From the NCBI RefSeq assembly GCF_009914755.1, contig NC_060927.1: 64,000 bases of DNA; one strand, written 5' to 3'. Source of the DNA: the human T2T-CHM13v2.0 reference genome, Homo sapiens. The notes under the pieces were generated by a model. The model made no database searches. It was given only the letters and a program-made list of their open reading frames with translations, and had not been told where the DNA came from. This document shows positions 1 to 15,880 of this stretch, piece after piece. The position numbers and the translations under genes are program-made. Within the stretch, counting starts at the first letter, position 1. Every line of letters begins with the position of its first letter.

Positions 1-739
1 ATTTCATCTGACACCTGAAGGATGAAAAAAGTTCCCAAAGTACTTTATACAAGTTGCAAGGCTTGATAATTAAAATTCTTATGTAGTAGATAATTGTAGT
101 GAACTGTATTTTTTCTCCATTGACTTGCCTACACACTCAGAGCACTTTAAAGTCTTCCCCTAGCATTAGTACTACATTTCAAATTTTGAATTTCATAAAA
201 CCACCTCCCTCCTAACTACTCACCTTCCTCTCACTCTTCTGCACTGTCTTGTTCCCCAAGACCTCCCCAATGTGGACTTCATCCCAGTTCTGCATGTGGC
301 CCCTTTGTGTGACCCTCATGAACACATTCTCCAGGTTTATCCCCAGCAGTCCTCCTACACATGACTGACAGTATTAGCCCCCTGCTACCATGCACCATGA
401 CCCTGAGAAGAAGCACCCTACCTCACATCCCACCTGACCCTTAGCCCTCACCTGCTTTTCCAGAGAGAGGAACTTGACGTCTTACAAGTAATCATGTATT
501 TACTAGTATATAATTTTCTGAAATTATTTTCAAGTAATACATGGACTTTTGATCTTATTGGTCAGTCTAATAGGCAATGGAGGGCTCACACATCTGCTTC
601 AGCACAAATCAAGGCCTGCCTGACATTAAGACCTGGCTTCCTGGTGTGGTTGACATGGTTAGTTGCCTCCCCAATATTCACTCCATTTATCTCCCTTTTG
701 TGCTGCGTGGGTGGGATTAACATCCGTGGCAGAGTCAGT

Positions 740-2090
740 TGGCTGATCAGCAAAGATTCATGCCGCCTTCCACAGGTTGGAGTGGATGCTGGAAAGCAGA
801 TGCCCACTCAAGGCATCTTCTCACACTTTACACTTTTCTTGACCTAGGAGGGGTCACATGATTAGTTCTCACCAGTGGAATTTGAGGGGATGTGATGTGT
901 GTCATTTCTGAGCTAAAGTAGTTGAGAAGTAGATGTATCTTCTCCAAGGTCTCTTTCTCTGTTTGCAGCAATTTTGGAGTGCCACGTTGAAGATGGAAGA
1001 GTGCTAAGATACTGAATAAGCTCCTGGAGGTGAACCAATCATTAGGATTAGCAACACCCATATCAGTCTACGAGATAACTAAAAAATAAATGTTTACTTA
1101 ATAAATGTATTAATCCAGAGAGAAGTTGGGATTTACCTGTTATAGCACCTAGCTCTCCCATATTAATATGGCATTATTCCAAGCTCCAGCGATGGATTCA
1201 GACTTGGTTCAGAGATGGGCATGTATCCCACGTCTGAGCCAATCAGTGCATAGTGTTCCTCTAGCCACAGAAGTGTCTTCAAAAGCTGACATATTGCCTA
1301 ACTCAGTCCAATTAGAAGAAAGATTATGATTTCTTTTCAAAGTTTTGGAGAAAATAAGCTTTGTCTTTCCTACTGAATATGAATAACAAAGTATATAGTG
1401 AAGCATTTTGTGATAGTCTGAAGCCAACACACAAGAAAGAAGGGCCAAGAGAAACATTAAGAATAATAGAACCAGAGTCTTGATCAAACTGTGCCTGGGC
1501 ATGTAATCTATTAGATTTTTCTGTTTCCTAAGCTAATACATTCCCTTAATTTTTAAGCCAGTTTAAATTTGGTTTTCTTTATTAATAACTAATATCTTCC
1601 AAGTATATACTTCATTATACATGAAACTCTTGTAATCAGTATAGGGAAAAGGAATAAATTAAAACCAATTGCAATTTAAACATAATTCACAGTTCACAAA
1701 ACCCCAAGTATTAAGATAGGATATATAATTGGCACATCAATAAAACATTAATCAAAATTCATAAGTATCTATACCTATGACATGCACTATATCAGTCAGA
1801 ATAGGTTAAGTTATGCTTCCATAATAACTAACTCCAAAATCTCAGTGAGTTATGAAAAGTTTATTTCTTGCTAATGCTATGCTATGTGTCCCATTCTGGG
1901 CCACCTGTGCCTCATCTTCATCATTCCTCTGGGCCTTAGACTGCTAAAATAAGCCTCTATCTGGAACAGGAAAAAGACACAACACAGTGAACCACATGGT
2001 GAATCTTAAAAACTTCTGTTGCGTGTATTGGTCAGAGCAAACCTGGAGTCACAGAGATAATTCTTTATAAGAGACGTAGTGAATATTTGA
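740..2090. mobile_element. Cluster of old MLT1-type LTR relics (about 740-1165, 1170-1600 and 1790-2090)
   Basis: MLT1 hallmarks: GGTCACATGATTAGTTCT, TGAGCCAATCAG, TTTAAGCCAGTTTAAATTTGGTTTTCT, TATCAGTCAGAATAGGTTAAGTTATGCT. Confidence 0.6.
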
Positions 2091-4348
2091 TTTGAGCAAT
2101 ATTAAGATATTTTATTAAAATTTTTAATTCAAAAAAAATTAATATTTTATATGAACAGTAGATTTCTAAAGTTGATAAATCCTAAATTACCTACTGAAAG
2201 AATAATTAAGACCCTAAAGAATAATCAGGCCCAACCTTACCATTTGTCAGCCCACAGATCAGAATGTGAAAATAAGTTCATCCAAGGTTGAAAGAAGTTG
2301 GGCTGTCAATAAAAAAGTGTTGAAAAGTCTTCTCCAAAACATTGTCTGTCACCATTCTAAAATTTTAATGACTACTACTAAGGTGCTGGTCAGAAGAGAG
2401 AAACACTAGAAAAAATATTGACACTTTAATGGAATTTGAGGAGAAACCTACTTGTAGGAGTCTGTCCATCTGTGCTATTCTAATATTTTATTTTACTACT
2501 AAGGCTTCTCTTCTGTAAGGGGTGGTGGTAACAGTAGCAGCTTTACAGAGGTCATAGAACTGAAGAAAAGGATTTTACTGAGAATTTCAAAGTGCTAAGC
2601 ACAGTACAAATATGACGTCATGGAAACATCACCACACCCTTATGAAGTCGGTGGTCTCATCTCCGTGTTATAGAGGTGATGTCAATGTCCAAGGTCTCAG
2701 AGCTACGAAGTAGTAGACACAGATTTAAACATGTGCTCTGCCCCTAAATCCTATGCCTCCCATAAATCAAGGTTTGCCAGAAAGAGAGACAGGCTCTGAA
2801 CTCAACAAAATTATGAGGAGGTGATTCCAAGGTTATGTCACCCTCCCTTGTCCAATCAGTGCATGCCTTTGTGAAGAAATCAGATATTCTGGGGGATAAG
2901 GGTCAATGCATTCTCCCACAGAGGGCATGAAGCCTTTGGCCACCCACCTGAAGCCCCACCAGTGACACTCTAGATCTCCATAGGCAGGAAGAGGCAGCAC
3001 TGGGAGGGCAGAAGTCTTTTCACATTGCCACCTGTCATGCTAAGGGCCACCCTAAGATTGGAGTTCAGGCAAACAGGATGGTGGCAGAAAATGGAAAGAA
3101 ATCTGTTTGGTGATCAAGAAAGCTTCATTTGGTGAAAAACCCAGAACAGAGCAAGATTAAGGAATCAGGAGGCCAGGTGCTGAGGTATAAAGGAATAGAC
3201 TGGAGGCACAGCAGTGAGAAGTAGGAAAGCACTTGGAGTTACCTCAGGACAGGATCGGCTGAAGAAAAATTAGTCAGTATACTGACTGTTCTCTATTTGC
3301 ATAGCCACACATCTGGGTAGGTCAGCGCTTCTGTGACTTTAACCCCACTGAGCCAACTCCTTACTGATAAGCCTGCACCCTCTGATGGCTCTGGCTTCTG
3401 TGCAATGGAGAGATTTGACGCTATTCATTGAGGGTTTCACTACGTATCTGTGGCCAGTTTTTTATTTTCCTTGCAAATTGTTATTTGTAATATATCTATA
3501 ACCTGCAAGTATGGGGCATTATCATAAGTGTTCTATTCAAAGAAGCTAGAGGACCACGTGGGCTAATTCAATACCAATATAAATGCCATTTTTTAGTTAA
3601 CAAAGCATTCTCCAATGTATTAGCTCATTTGAACCTCACGCTAATTCTGTGAAGTAAATATTCTCATTCCCGCTTTACAGATGAGAAAACTGAGGTTGGG
3701 GTCTATTAACTATCTGTCCAAAGTCTCAAAGCCAGTGGCAGAGATAGAATTTGAATTTGGGTCTTCTGACAATATGATATTGCCCTAAGGAAAGGAATTC
3801 ATAAATCAGAGAGAACAATTGTGGGCACTGGCAAAGAGGAATGCATTGGAATGGAGAAGAAGGTCCATATGACAGCTGTAAGATTATTTCAAGGAGAAAT
3901 GAAGACAAATTGGAATTAAGCTCTCTTTTAATGATACATTTACCAGTGATCTGTCATTGAGAAAGAACTAATACATAGAGTATCAATTTTCAGTAAATAT
4001 AAATGGCAAATAAGGCATTTAATGAATTGCAAATGACAGTGTTTCTAAGAGTAGTTATCAATCACTAGTAAAGGCCTTCCCATTTATTAATCATATATTT
4101 CATTTCAGCAAAGAATCTAACAAAATGGCATAAAGAGAATACAGAGCTGTGCAACACTTGCAGGGAATTAAAAAGAGAAAGAATACAGAGATGGTGCAGA
4201 TGGTGACTGGGGAAGGTAGGCATGAAAAACAAAACTTCTGCTTTATCCATTTCAAATGTGAAGGGAAGACAAGAGAGAAGGAAAATATTTAGAAATGGGA
4301 TTTTAAAATAGTCGGGTAACTGATAAAACATTAAGAAAACTACAAATT

Positions 4349-4425
4349 GTGAGCCGAGATCGCGCCACTGCCCTCCAGCCCGGGCAACAGAGCGAGACTC
4401 CATCTCAAAAAAAAAAAAAAAAGAA
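4349..4425 (+). mobile_element. Severely 5'-truncated Alu (last ~58 nt of the right arm plus poly-A)
   Basis: GTGAGCCGAGATCGCGCCACTG...CATCTC(A)n; 16-bp TSD AAGAAAACT(A/G)CAAATT at 4333-4348 and 4426-4441. Confidence 0.92.
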
Positions 4426-6179
4426 AAGAAAACTGCAAATTCATCCACTGTAGGGTAGGTTCTTAAGCCAACTAACAACAAAAAAAAAAAGTGAAAAGGA
4501 AAGAATCTTGGCCAAAAGTAAAGAGCAGTTCAGAGAAGATAAAAGAGCAAAAATCTGACTGCTCGGAGAGTCACCATGGTTATGGAGAGGGCTCCAGTAC
4601 ACTGAGTTGCCAAATTATCTCGGAGATTGAGCTTATCAATTCACACAGCTTCAGGTATTTAGCCTGGCCAGAGTTTTATTCAAAACAAAGGTTAATTAAA
4701 AAAAAAAAAATAGAAAGTACTCTCATGCTCCCTTCCCCTACTTCATCCTGCCAACCTATCAAAAAAAAAAAATCAGTAAGTCTCCTTGGCCAACTGAATG
4801 ATTTTAATATCATTATAAAGTCTTAATAGTTTGTTCTGGATGTGCTAGTAAAGCCACCATGCAAAGGATTTAAGGCAGCGTGAAATTATCAGGAGAATGA
4901 AAACCCAGTAGCATCTCCCAAAGCTATTATAGAAGGCATGGTTCAAGAAAGGAATATCCCCAATCACAAAAGAGGAAAAGAGAGTCAGGGCTGCAAAGGA
5001 GAGCAAAAAATATCTACAAATGGTTACTGCAACTGGTCAATTAAATTTAGCCTTTCTTCTAGTGTTTAAATTACCAAATCATTTTACACATTTATACAAG
5101 GGCAGAAATGTTTGCAACAAACTCTGAAGCAAACCAGATTGTCATTTTTTTCTCAGGGAGCCTAATAATTCAACTCCTCATTCAAATAACATTGCATATT
5201 TATGAGGCTGGAGTCTAATTAAATTACATCAGTCATCAATCTGATTTTGCTAAATTTTCTTTTCACATAACTATTAATGGAAATATGTGAACCCCCAAAT
5301 ATGAGCCTTTAAATATTGAGTTATTAGCACTGTGTTTTCTAAAGAAACCCTCTTACAGGTACCCCAAATGTGCTGCACCTTGCACATCCCCTTTCTGCTG
5401 CACATCTGTTTTTCTTCCACATTCTTTCTTCTGCCATCCCGTATCCCACCCTACCACTCCCAGAATCCAAATGGCAGAAAAGTGTGAATGAGCACAAACC
5501 AATCTTGTTATTACTACCATTTCCTTCTGCTTACTCTCAAAATAAGTTTCATAAGAGAGAATTAGGTCACTTATAAAATTACAAAAAGAGTCCTTCATCC
5601 AAAATCATTCACCAAGTGGAAGCTTCAAAAACATTAACTGAGGGCATCATGACAACTCTGGCCTGACCTTGGGCCTTCATCTCCACTGGGTTCAGAATAT
5701 TGGGTCTAACTTTTAGAATACAGCTTCCTATTTTATCTCAATGGTATGTAAACACTCTATAGCAGAAACTATTTTATTTAACACAGTGAAAATGAAATGA
5801 ATAATTTCTGTGTAGTGAAAAAGATGTCTCTCAACTAGAGATACTCAACTCTCATAAAACAAGTCACAAAACTGCCTCTGATAGCAACAAATGTATGCAG
5901 TCTAGCAGCTAAGAAATAGGTAAGCCAGCATTCTCTTACCAGTTTCACCCCCTCGTACGCATTGCCTAGAAAAACTTACCCTCATCTTCCTTATTTCAAG
6001 CCTCAACTGTAGAATAGAATCATTCTATTTTCTTTAGTTTATCATATAGTATGCTACAAAACTCCTCTTGCACCATAACTTATAATCCTCTTAAAATACA
6101 TAGATTATCTCAAATAGTTATGATTCTGAAGCCCCACTCCTGAGGCTAGAAAATTCTACTCTTGGTTCAGTTCCTCGCA

Positions 6180-6616
<437 letters not shown>

Positions 6617-7987
6617 TGAACCATCATATTCCTTTACAGTTGGTTCAAAGGAAATTCTAAAAATTATAAAACTCAAGTGATCATTTTGGGGGAACAAAAC
6701 AAAGGGGCAATTAGATTAAACAGCATTGAAATAAACTGCAAAATCCAAATGAAATCTCTCAGAGGTTTGTGCAAAATTATTAATAGTTTTGAAACAAGCA
6801 GTTAAAACTAAACTGAAGGAGTGTGGGCCCTTCAGGTGTCCAAAGTTATACACCTGCACACATTTTATAAATACACACTCATGCCTCTTTACTGACTTAG
6901 TCCTCTCTTTGAGTAAAGCCATTCTTCTTCGGCATAAGTACACACAAATGACTGTGTTTCTCAACAGGGGCTGTTTCTGTGTCCGTCCCACTGATCTCAA
7001 CTAAACCTCCGGAACCATTAGGAACACAGACCAAATGTACACTCAGGTGCAACTGAACATACCTAGGCTGTCCAACAACAACAAATGAGATTATTTAATG
7101 AATTTTCATGTATATGGAAGTCTGTGACTGATAGCATTGATTAAAACCAACCAAGCATAAGGGCTACTGGCGTTCAACATCTAAACTTCCTAAAATATAG
7201 CCCGATCCCACCCTAAAACCTAATATCCTGCTTTTTAACATTTCTGAGTAGACAGATGTATTTTTTTTTTCTGGTTTCCCTGCACACCTTCTGTAGAATT
7301 CCCATTGCTTCCTTTGCATGGGAAGGTTGGCAGAAACATTTATGTCTGGAATTCTAGAAAACCAAAAGACAAAAGTGGCTAGCAATAGTAAAGTCCTCCC
7401 TCATAAAACAGCTGCTGATTCTGGGGTTTTTTTCTATTGTTTACCTTGTTGTTTAATCTGAAGAAACATTATTGTCTCCTTAGAAATGGCCACCAGATCA
7501 AAATGGTCAAAAAGATATCAGAGCTTCTGGATTCTCCACAAACATCCACTCTCTTTGATGAAGTTTCCCCACCAATGGTCTTTCACAATTGAAAATCTCT
7601 CATCTATTGCGGCTACAAAGGCCAGAAATCATAGGCAGAAAGCAAGATCATTATCTAGTTTAAAGACAACCCTATGCCTGTAAAAACTGAAAGGAAGCCC
7701 TATATGAAAATATATATAATGCTGGAATTAGCCCCCAATTGTAGCATTTGGAAATAGCCCTGCTATCTCCCTATTGTTTAATCAAAATGACCTCCTGCTT
7801 CCCAGTTTCTCATGTCTGGGACTCACATTGCTCTCCACTACCTGAGTCCCATCCCCAAAGACTCTGATTTAATTGGATTGGGGTTAGTATTTTTAAGCAT
7901 TCCAAGTGATTCTATGCAGCCATATTTGAAAGTCACTGTCTCTTCTCTTAACTTGTCCACTGCTCTTTCCCTAAAAGTAAAAAAAGA

Positions 7988-8445
7988 ATGATGGCTTCCA
8001 GCTTCATCCATGTCCCTACAAAGGACATGAACTCATCCTTTTTTATGGCTGCATAGTATTCCATGGTGTATATGTACCACATTTTCTTAATCCAGTCTAT
8101 CACTGATGGACATTTGGGTTGGTTCCAAGTCTTTGCTATTGTGAATAGTGCCGCAATAAACATACGTGTGCATGTGCCAAACACCGCATGTTCTCACTCA
8201 TAGGTGTGAATTGAACAATGAGAACACTTGGACACAGGAAGGGGAACATCACACACCGGGGCCTGTCATGGGGTGGGGGGAGGGGGAGGGGGAGGGATAG
8301 CATTAGGAGACATACCTAATGTAAATGACGAGTTAAAGGGTGCAGCACACCAACATGGCCGATGTATACATATGTAACAAAACTGCACGTTGTGCACAGG
8401 TACCCTAGAACTTAAAGTATAATAAATAAATAAATAATAAAAAAT
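7988..8445 (+). mobile_element. 5'-truncated, 5'-inverted L1PA (about L1PA5-6)
   Basis: 7988-8176 is the antisense ORF2 C-terminus ([22 protein letters not shown]); 8177-8445 is the sense 3' end with an A-rich tail. Imperfect A-rich TSD ending in AAAAAGAA on both sides. Confidence 0.9.
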
Positions 8446-11068
8446 TAAAAAAGAACTAGATCTGAGAGCTCATTAGGCTTTCCTTATCTAAATTCTACAG
8501 GTTATTCAATTAAGTAGCTAGTGAAATACTTTGTTGCAGGCCCAAGTCATTTGGATATTAAAACAAAATTGAGGATAAGTGAACGAGACTTGGTCTCAAG
8601 TATTGTACAAAAAAAAAAAATTAGAAAGTTGTAGCTAGCTTTCCTTGCCCTAAAAATATGCTGGTGAGCTTGGGCATATTTACTGTCACAATACATTGTT
8701 TAGGAAATGAAAATCTGAATCTAGCACCATCTATTCACTGGTAAATGATAAGGTATAATTAGCTTGTGATGTCAGGCAATGAAGTAATGACGTATCCCTA
8801 AGTCATTCATTCAACCAAGACATTTGGATCTCCCTAAACAAAACTAAAATCATAACGTAATAGAAAATCACAATGCAGATAACTTGAGGAAGAAAATGAA
8901 AGATGAAGGGATGACCAGCCCCTGTCATAAAAAGAAGCTTTCTCATTTTAAATTGCAGCAAAATTCCTCTTTACTAAGAGTTGTATGAAATCATTTCTTT
9001 AAGTTAAAGTGTCTTTTTTCCAAAATCTTATTACGTTTTATGAGCTTTGGAATGCCCAGGCAATGTAGTGTTCTACTTTTATTTCTGGATTTAAAAAAAT
9101 AAGGCAGTGGAGCATTCATTCAGATTAAGTTCTTCGACTTTATTGTAAAGCAGATCAAGGTTTGGATCCTGGCTCTGTACTTAAAGCTGAGAGGCCTGGA
9201 GCAAAGAACAAACATGTCTCCAGAGCGCTCATCTCTAAGCTAAGACAATAATATCATCCACCTCATAGAGATGTGAGGATTAACTGCAGTGACGCATGAA
9301 CACTCAACAACCTTGACTGGCGTTATTACTTATTGTTGCTGTTATAAATTATCTCCATTTTACAGATGATGACATTCAGGCACAGAGAAGTAAATAGCTG
9401 GCCAATGCCCACACAGCTAGGTAGTGATAGAACCAAGCCATCTAATTTAAAATATGCTTTGAAAAATGTTAACTAGAGTAATGCCCTCATGGAACAACCT
9501 GTAAACATCCACACCAAAAAAAAATATGCATCTGGAACAAATATTGTGCTCTAAGGGATTAAAACTGAAAAACCTAAATAATGTGGTTCCAGAGTCTACA
9601 TTCTTAATACCCTCTTAGCATTTTTAATATTCTATAATTTCTAGAGTTTCTAATAAGAAATTCTGTGTGTGTTAAGTTTACACAGCTTTTTGCAGCTGAT
9701 AAAAGCTTATACATATGTCATCTTATGTTAGCATTGCTGGTCTGGAAGAAGCCAAACAGAGGTAGTTATTGTTCCTCTCTTACGCTTGAGGACACTGAGG
9801 CTCAGAGGGTTAATGCCCTGCAGAAGGATACCATACTGATGAGTAGCAAACTTGAGACTCAAACCCCTACATCCTGACGTCCCAGCCAGCATTATCCGCC
9901 AGAAAACATGTTTACGGTACCCAAAATATACTGAAGTTTTGAGATGATCACGCCTAAGAAAAAAAACAAGTCCCTATCTTCAAGGCAGGGAGGGCTCAAA
10001 ACACCACAGAGAGCATTTTCCTCTTAGGAAAGTTATTAGTAATTAACAAGCTTCATAATGACATGTTATGACATGGTTAGGTAAATTACTCCAGAAGCAG
10101 TAGAAGGAAACAAATGTCACATTCTACAAGTCCTGGCCAATGCCAAGGATTCACTTGGAAGGTTAACTAAGATGGAGCTCATTATGCTGTATTAGGTATC
10201 AGAGTATTTTGTCTTCTTGAAGATAAAACCTTGGTGACTGATATTACCATAACTTGAGGGCAGGAAGAGAGATCTGATATACAGACCATGAGGCACTTTG
10301 AAAACCCTAGACATATAATGCTCTTTACCTTGACATTTCCCATCCTCTAATGATCCATCTACCCAGTATTTTTAGGTCAAAAAAATATATATGATACAAT
10401 GCTGCTTCATGGGTCAAACCACGGTCTCTGCTGGTATTTTAATACTGCATCATTATCAACAGAATACGTAAATCACTCGCATCTTAAGCATTTAGGCAAA
10501 TGGGGAATTTTGCTTAGAATTTCAGACTGTGCCCAAAAGTAAAGATGTTCAATGCACTGATTTCTGTGCCAAGCCTAGTGGCTGGAACATTGGCTTGGAT
10601 GCATACACATAGCTCAGCAAGATGGTTGGCAAAGACAGTTGGAAGAGAAGGCAGCGCTTTTTATTCTTATTTCTGTTTCATGAACAAGAAAATCACATGC
10701 CAGCCTGAAAGACAAGCCACTTCTGTGAGTTTATGTCAATTTGGGGGTAGCACTATCTTCTACTGGATAAAAATTGAACCTAGCAGAAAGACACACCTTT
10801 GGAAACCATGGAGACTTCAGTTTGGGCATTTTAATCAGATCTTTGCTCTCAGACAGTGGTGCTCTTGTAAGTGGCAAGAAGCTGGAGGAATGAGATCCTT
10901 TAAAGAGAACTTGTTCTTGAACTGTGATGGGAAAGTTTGCTCTAACTGCACAAAGGATAAAATACGCAAAAACTGTGAGCATGGAAGGAGTAATTTGCCC
11001 ATCTGCAGACCCAAGGCTTGTATTTCTATAAAGTGTTTATGGGCTATGTAAATACATCCTACATCTTA

Positions 11069-11390
<322 letters not shown>

Positions 11391-12937
11391 TAGGAAAACA
11401 AAATATCTGGAGAAGAGACAGGCTTAGGATTCAGTATTCCAAGCTCACAAAACCAGTTTGTAGTCATGGATATCTTTGTCCCTGTTAATAAATCATTTTC
11501 AGGGGTATATGTATGTCTGTCAAATGTCGGTGTTCAATATTTTCAGGAAATTGAGTGTTTATAGGATTTAATTCATCATGCCTTACATATGCTAGGTACT
11601 TGATAACTATTCATTAATTCAATTTGATTGATCTAACTTAAAATATACTTTGAAAAATGTTAATAGAGTAATGCCCTCATGGAACAACCAGTAAACATCC
11701 ACACCAAAAAAGTACGCATTTGAAACAAATATTGTGCTCTAAGGAATTAAAATTGCAAAGTAAATTAATCCCTTAAAGATTTATATGAATAATTTTAATT
11801 CCTTGAATGGTACCTTTTCAAATCCAATCTAAAATGTCCAATATGTTTGCAATCTGATATAATCCAATGAGTTTTAATAAGCAAAATAGTTCTTGCCAGT
11901 AGAACCAAAACCCAGTTATTCCATTTTTGTAACCTTCTGTGTAAAGGAATGGGCTGAACTAATTTTTTCTGAATTTTTTATATTTAATCAACAACATCAT
12001 TGCCAAAGAAAACCACTTTTCAGAAGTCTCTCTATCCTGGTTTATAACTTATAATCAAAAACTGGAATTTTGCATCTGATGGGCTTTAGTGTGTAACACT
12101 ATACTGTCATATTTTTTATGCTATAGTTAAAAGTAAAAGATAGTTTCCATTATAAAAATTTTCCCATAGTCTGATTACCCAGTGAAAAACATTTTTCTAT
12201 AAAAATGGTCTTCATAATTCATAAGCTAGAAATTATTGTGGGTAATTTTTTAAAGAACATCAAAAAAGTTTTGGTGGGTCTAGTAGCATCAGTTGGCTTT
12301 AGGTACATGTACAGGATAAGGCAGTATGATAATAATGTCCCACACAAACAAGGAAATCACTTAACAACAACAAAAAAGCCTTGAGGCCTGAAACTCTGAC
12401 AACTTACTTATCCTTACCCAGTTTGGGCTACATGGATTGATTTCAGCTACAGCCTGTTCCAAGCAGCAGGAAGAAATAGAAATGGGGCATAATATAAGAC
12501 CTGGAATAATCCTGTAAGCTTGAAATAGCACAGATATATCACAGTGGATTTTAGAAAGATATACCTTAGCTCTGGTTTTAGACCCTTGATCCTCCAGAAG
12601 CCAAAGATGCTTGGAAATCTGATCTGCCCTGACAGTGAAGCAACCCTCTATGACCTTCCCAAAACCCTGCTGTGACCGTGTCTCAGAGGCCAGCACACTT
12701 CACCCTGAACTGTGAGCTTCCTTTAATTGCAGACTTTACTTTCATATTCCTTTGGGTCCTGGTTTGGGGAACTTCTCTGTCTGTTTTGTTCTGAAAACTG
12801 GACACTACCCAAATGTCATCCACAGGGAATTGGTTCAATGAAATGTGTTAGATCTAAACAATAGAGGATCTTCTGCCTTTAAAAAGAATGGTTTAGATTG
12901 ATACATACAGACAAAAATCCAAGGTATATTAAGTTTA

Positions 12938-13747
<810 letters not shown>

Positions 13748-15669
13748 AAAAAAAGAAAAGGCAATTTGCTGTAAAAAGTTGTAAATCTATATGTATGTAT
13801 GTGCTAATATATGCATGGGGGAAAAAATCTGCTGGAAGCTACACTAAAGGATGAATGGTGGTCATCTGCAGGCAATTTATGACAAAAAAGAAAGAAAATA
13901 ACTTTCATTTTTATTTTATACATTCTTTTCATTTAAAAATTATTGTGTATAAATTTTGTAACAAGAAAAATATTGTGTATAAGACAATGAAAAAAGATTG
14001 ATAAAAACTTTAAGATGTTTTATAATAAACATGCTAAGGTGAATCAAGTCTGAAAAAATGGTTGAACCCCCATTCAACCATTTAGAAATTTAGAAATCCA
14101 TGAGCTGCTAAAATTGTATGAAAATGTTTCTTGCATGTGTATTTTCTGGAAAGAAGCTCCATACTTTCTATGAGATTCTCACAGGAGTCTGGGACCCAAA
14201 AGAAGGTCATGAACTATGACCCTAGCCAAAACTAAGATAGCTATTCCATCCCTCCATTCGTTTTTATTATCATTTTATCATGAAACATTTTATTACTAAT
14301 TTCATAGTTCCCACCAAAGGTAAAGTCTATGCTAAGCATAAAAGCTGTGGGTCTTAGTCTTACCCTCACTTAGAGGAGTTCCCATTGACTTAGGAGCAGT
14401 CCTAAGTGCACAAGAAACCATATATGGCTGTTCTCGGTAAAAGAAAACTCCTAACAGGCACTAAAAGCCTGTAATCATTCAGGACTTGAGGATAGTTGTC
14501 CAAGACACAGACAGTCCTATTTTCTCTATAGAGATGGTTGATTTGTGAAATGACAGATGGGGGTTAGAGGAGTGGGGAGGGGCAGAGAAGAAGAAGTCAT
14601 GTTTGCACTTGAATTAAGGGAACAGAGTTGAGTGAGTTGGGTTAATTTAATCAGTAAAACAAGATTCAATACATTATCTATCAACCTTAAATTGTTTGAA
14701 AGAAATCTTTAATCATAAAAGTGCATTTAAATATACAGCAAAATGCTTGACACCATGCTCTATATTAATAGAGCATAAATATTAGGCAGCAAAACTGCCT
14801 ACATTGGTGTTAGGATTTAGGTAAAAACTTGGCTTCTGATGACTTGTAAACTGAATATTCCCAAATCCCTAGGAATTACATGAGTCCACAGAATGTTTTA
14901 CCATTTCTACCTTGACTCCTTTGACATTCTCCAGAATCAGGTCTAGTACAGAGTTTAAGATCAATAACAATTTGTGATTTAAGTGAGGGGTCATGGGCAA
15001 TACCTGCACTGGCAAAATGAGGGACATTATTGGTGAAAATTAGGAATAATACTCCACTTTCCAGGTGGTTTATCACTGTCAAAATAGGTCAATTGTGGAT
15101 TTAGTATGCACTTGAAATGTCAGATATCCCAGAATTCTGGTGCCGACATTACTTAACTGCACAGGTTTTACAGCCAAAGAAATTGAAGGGGTTCACATAA
15201 TCCACCAAAGCCCATTGCTAACCACCATCACCTAATCATATTGATATCTGCCATATGCAAAGCATAGTATTAGGCCCTATACAAAACAGAAATGGGCTCT
15301 CCAGGAGTTTTACAGTTTACCTAGAAAAATAAGATATATACCATGAAGACAAGCAATTTATAATAAAATGCCAAAATGATGATAAAGACAATTCCATACT
15401 ATTGGAATGAAATAACATAGAAGTCATATCTCCAGGAGAGATCATGAAGAAGCAGGAGTTCAAATGAAATCTTAGAGGAGTTAGATTTTGACAGTCAGTG
15501 TACAGTATGGGTAGATTTACAAACTATGGCAACATTATGGCCAAAATTTGGATGGTAGAAACACAAGAGTAGGCTGATAAGAGACTGAGAGGTACAGAAT
15601 GAGTAAACAAGGTAGGCTGAATGGACCAGTCTTGAATAAGACAAGCCTGAAAAGTCAATAAAATAATGT

Positions 15670-15880
15670 ATTGAACTCTTATTCTATTTAAGGCACTCTA
15701 AATGCATTAGTTTGATCAAATCCTCACATGAGGTAAGTACCTCTAGTCCACAAGTAAGGAAACTGAGGCACAAAAAGGTTACATGGCTTGCCTTCATTTC
15801 AACCAGCTAGTAAATGGTGGAGCCAGGATTCAAACCCAGGCAAATCTCACTCCCGACCTGTACTCAGGAGTCACCACATT
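15670..15880 (-). mobile_element. MIR (other MIR relics at about 2570-2760, 3600-3780, 9150-9620, 9690-9900, 17810-17990, 32430-32630, 38195-38520 and 62890-63110)
   Basis: Core AAGGAAACTGAGGCACAAAAAGGTTA..TGGCTTGCC...CCAGCTAGTAAATGGTGGAGCCAGGATTCAAACCCAGG. Confidence 0.75.

Noticed and set aside
10545-11051. 168-aa plus-strand ORF in unique intronic DNA
   Set aside because: No recognisable homology or pseudogene hallmarks (poly-A, TSD); antisense within an intron.
15315-15336. Recursive-splice-like TCTTATTTTTCTAG|GTAAAC on the MECOM strand
   Set aside because: Short pyrimidine tract and weak donor in degenerate L2-like sequence; one such motif in 25 kb is expected by chance.
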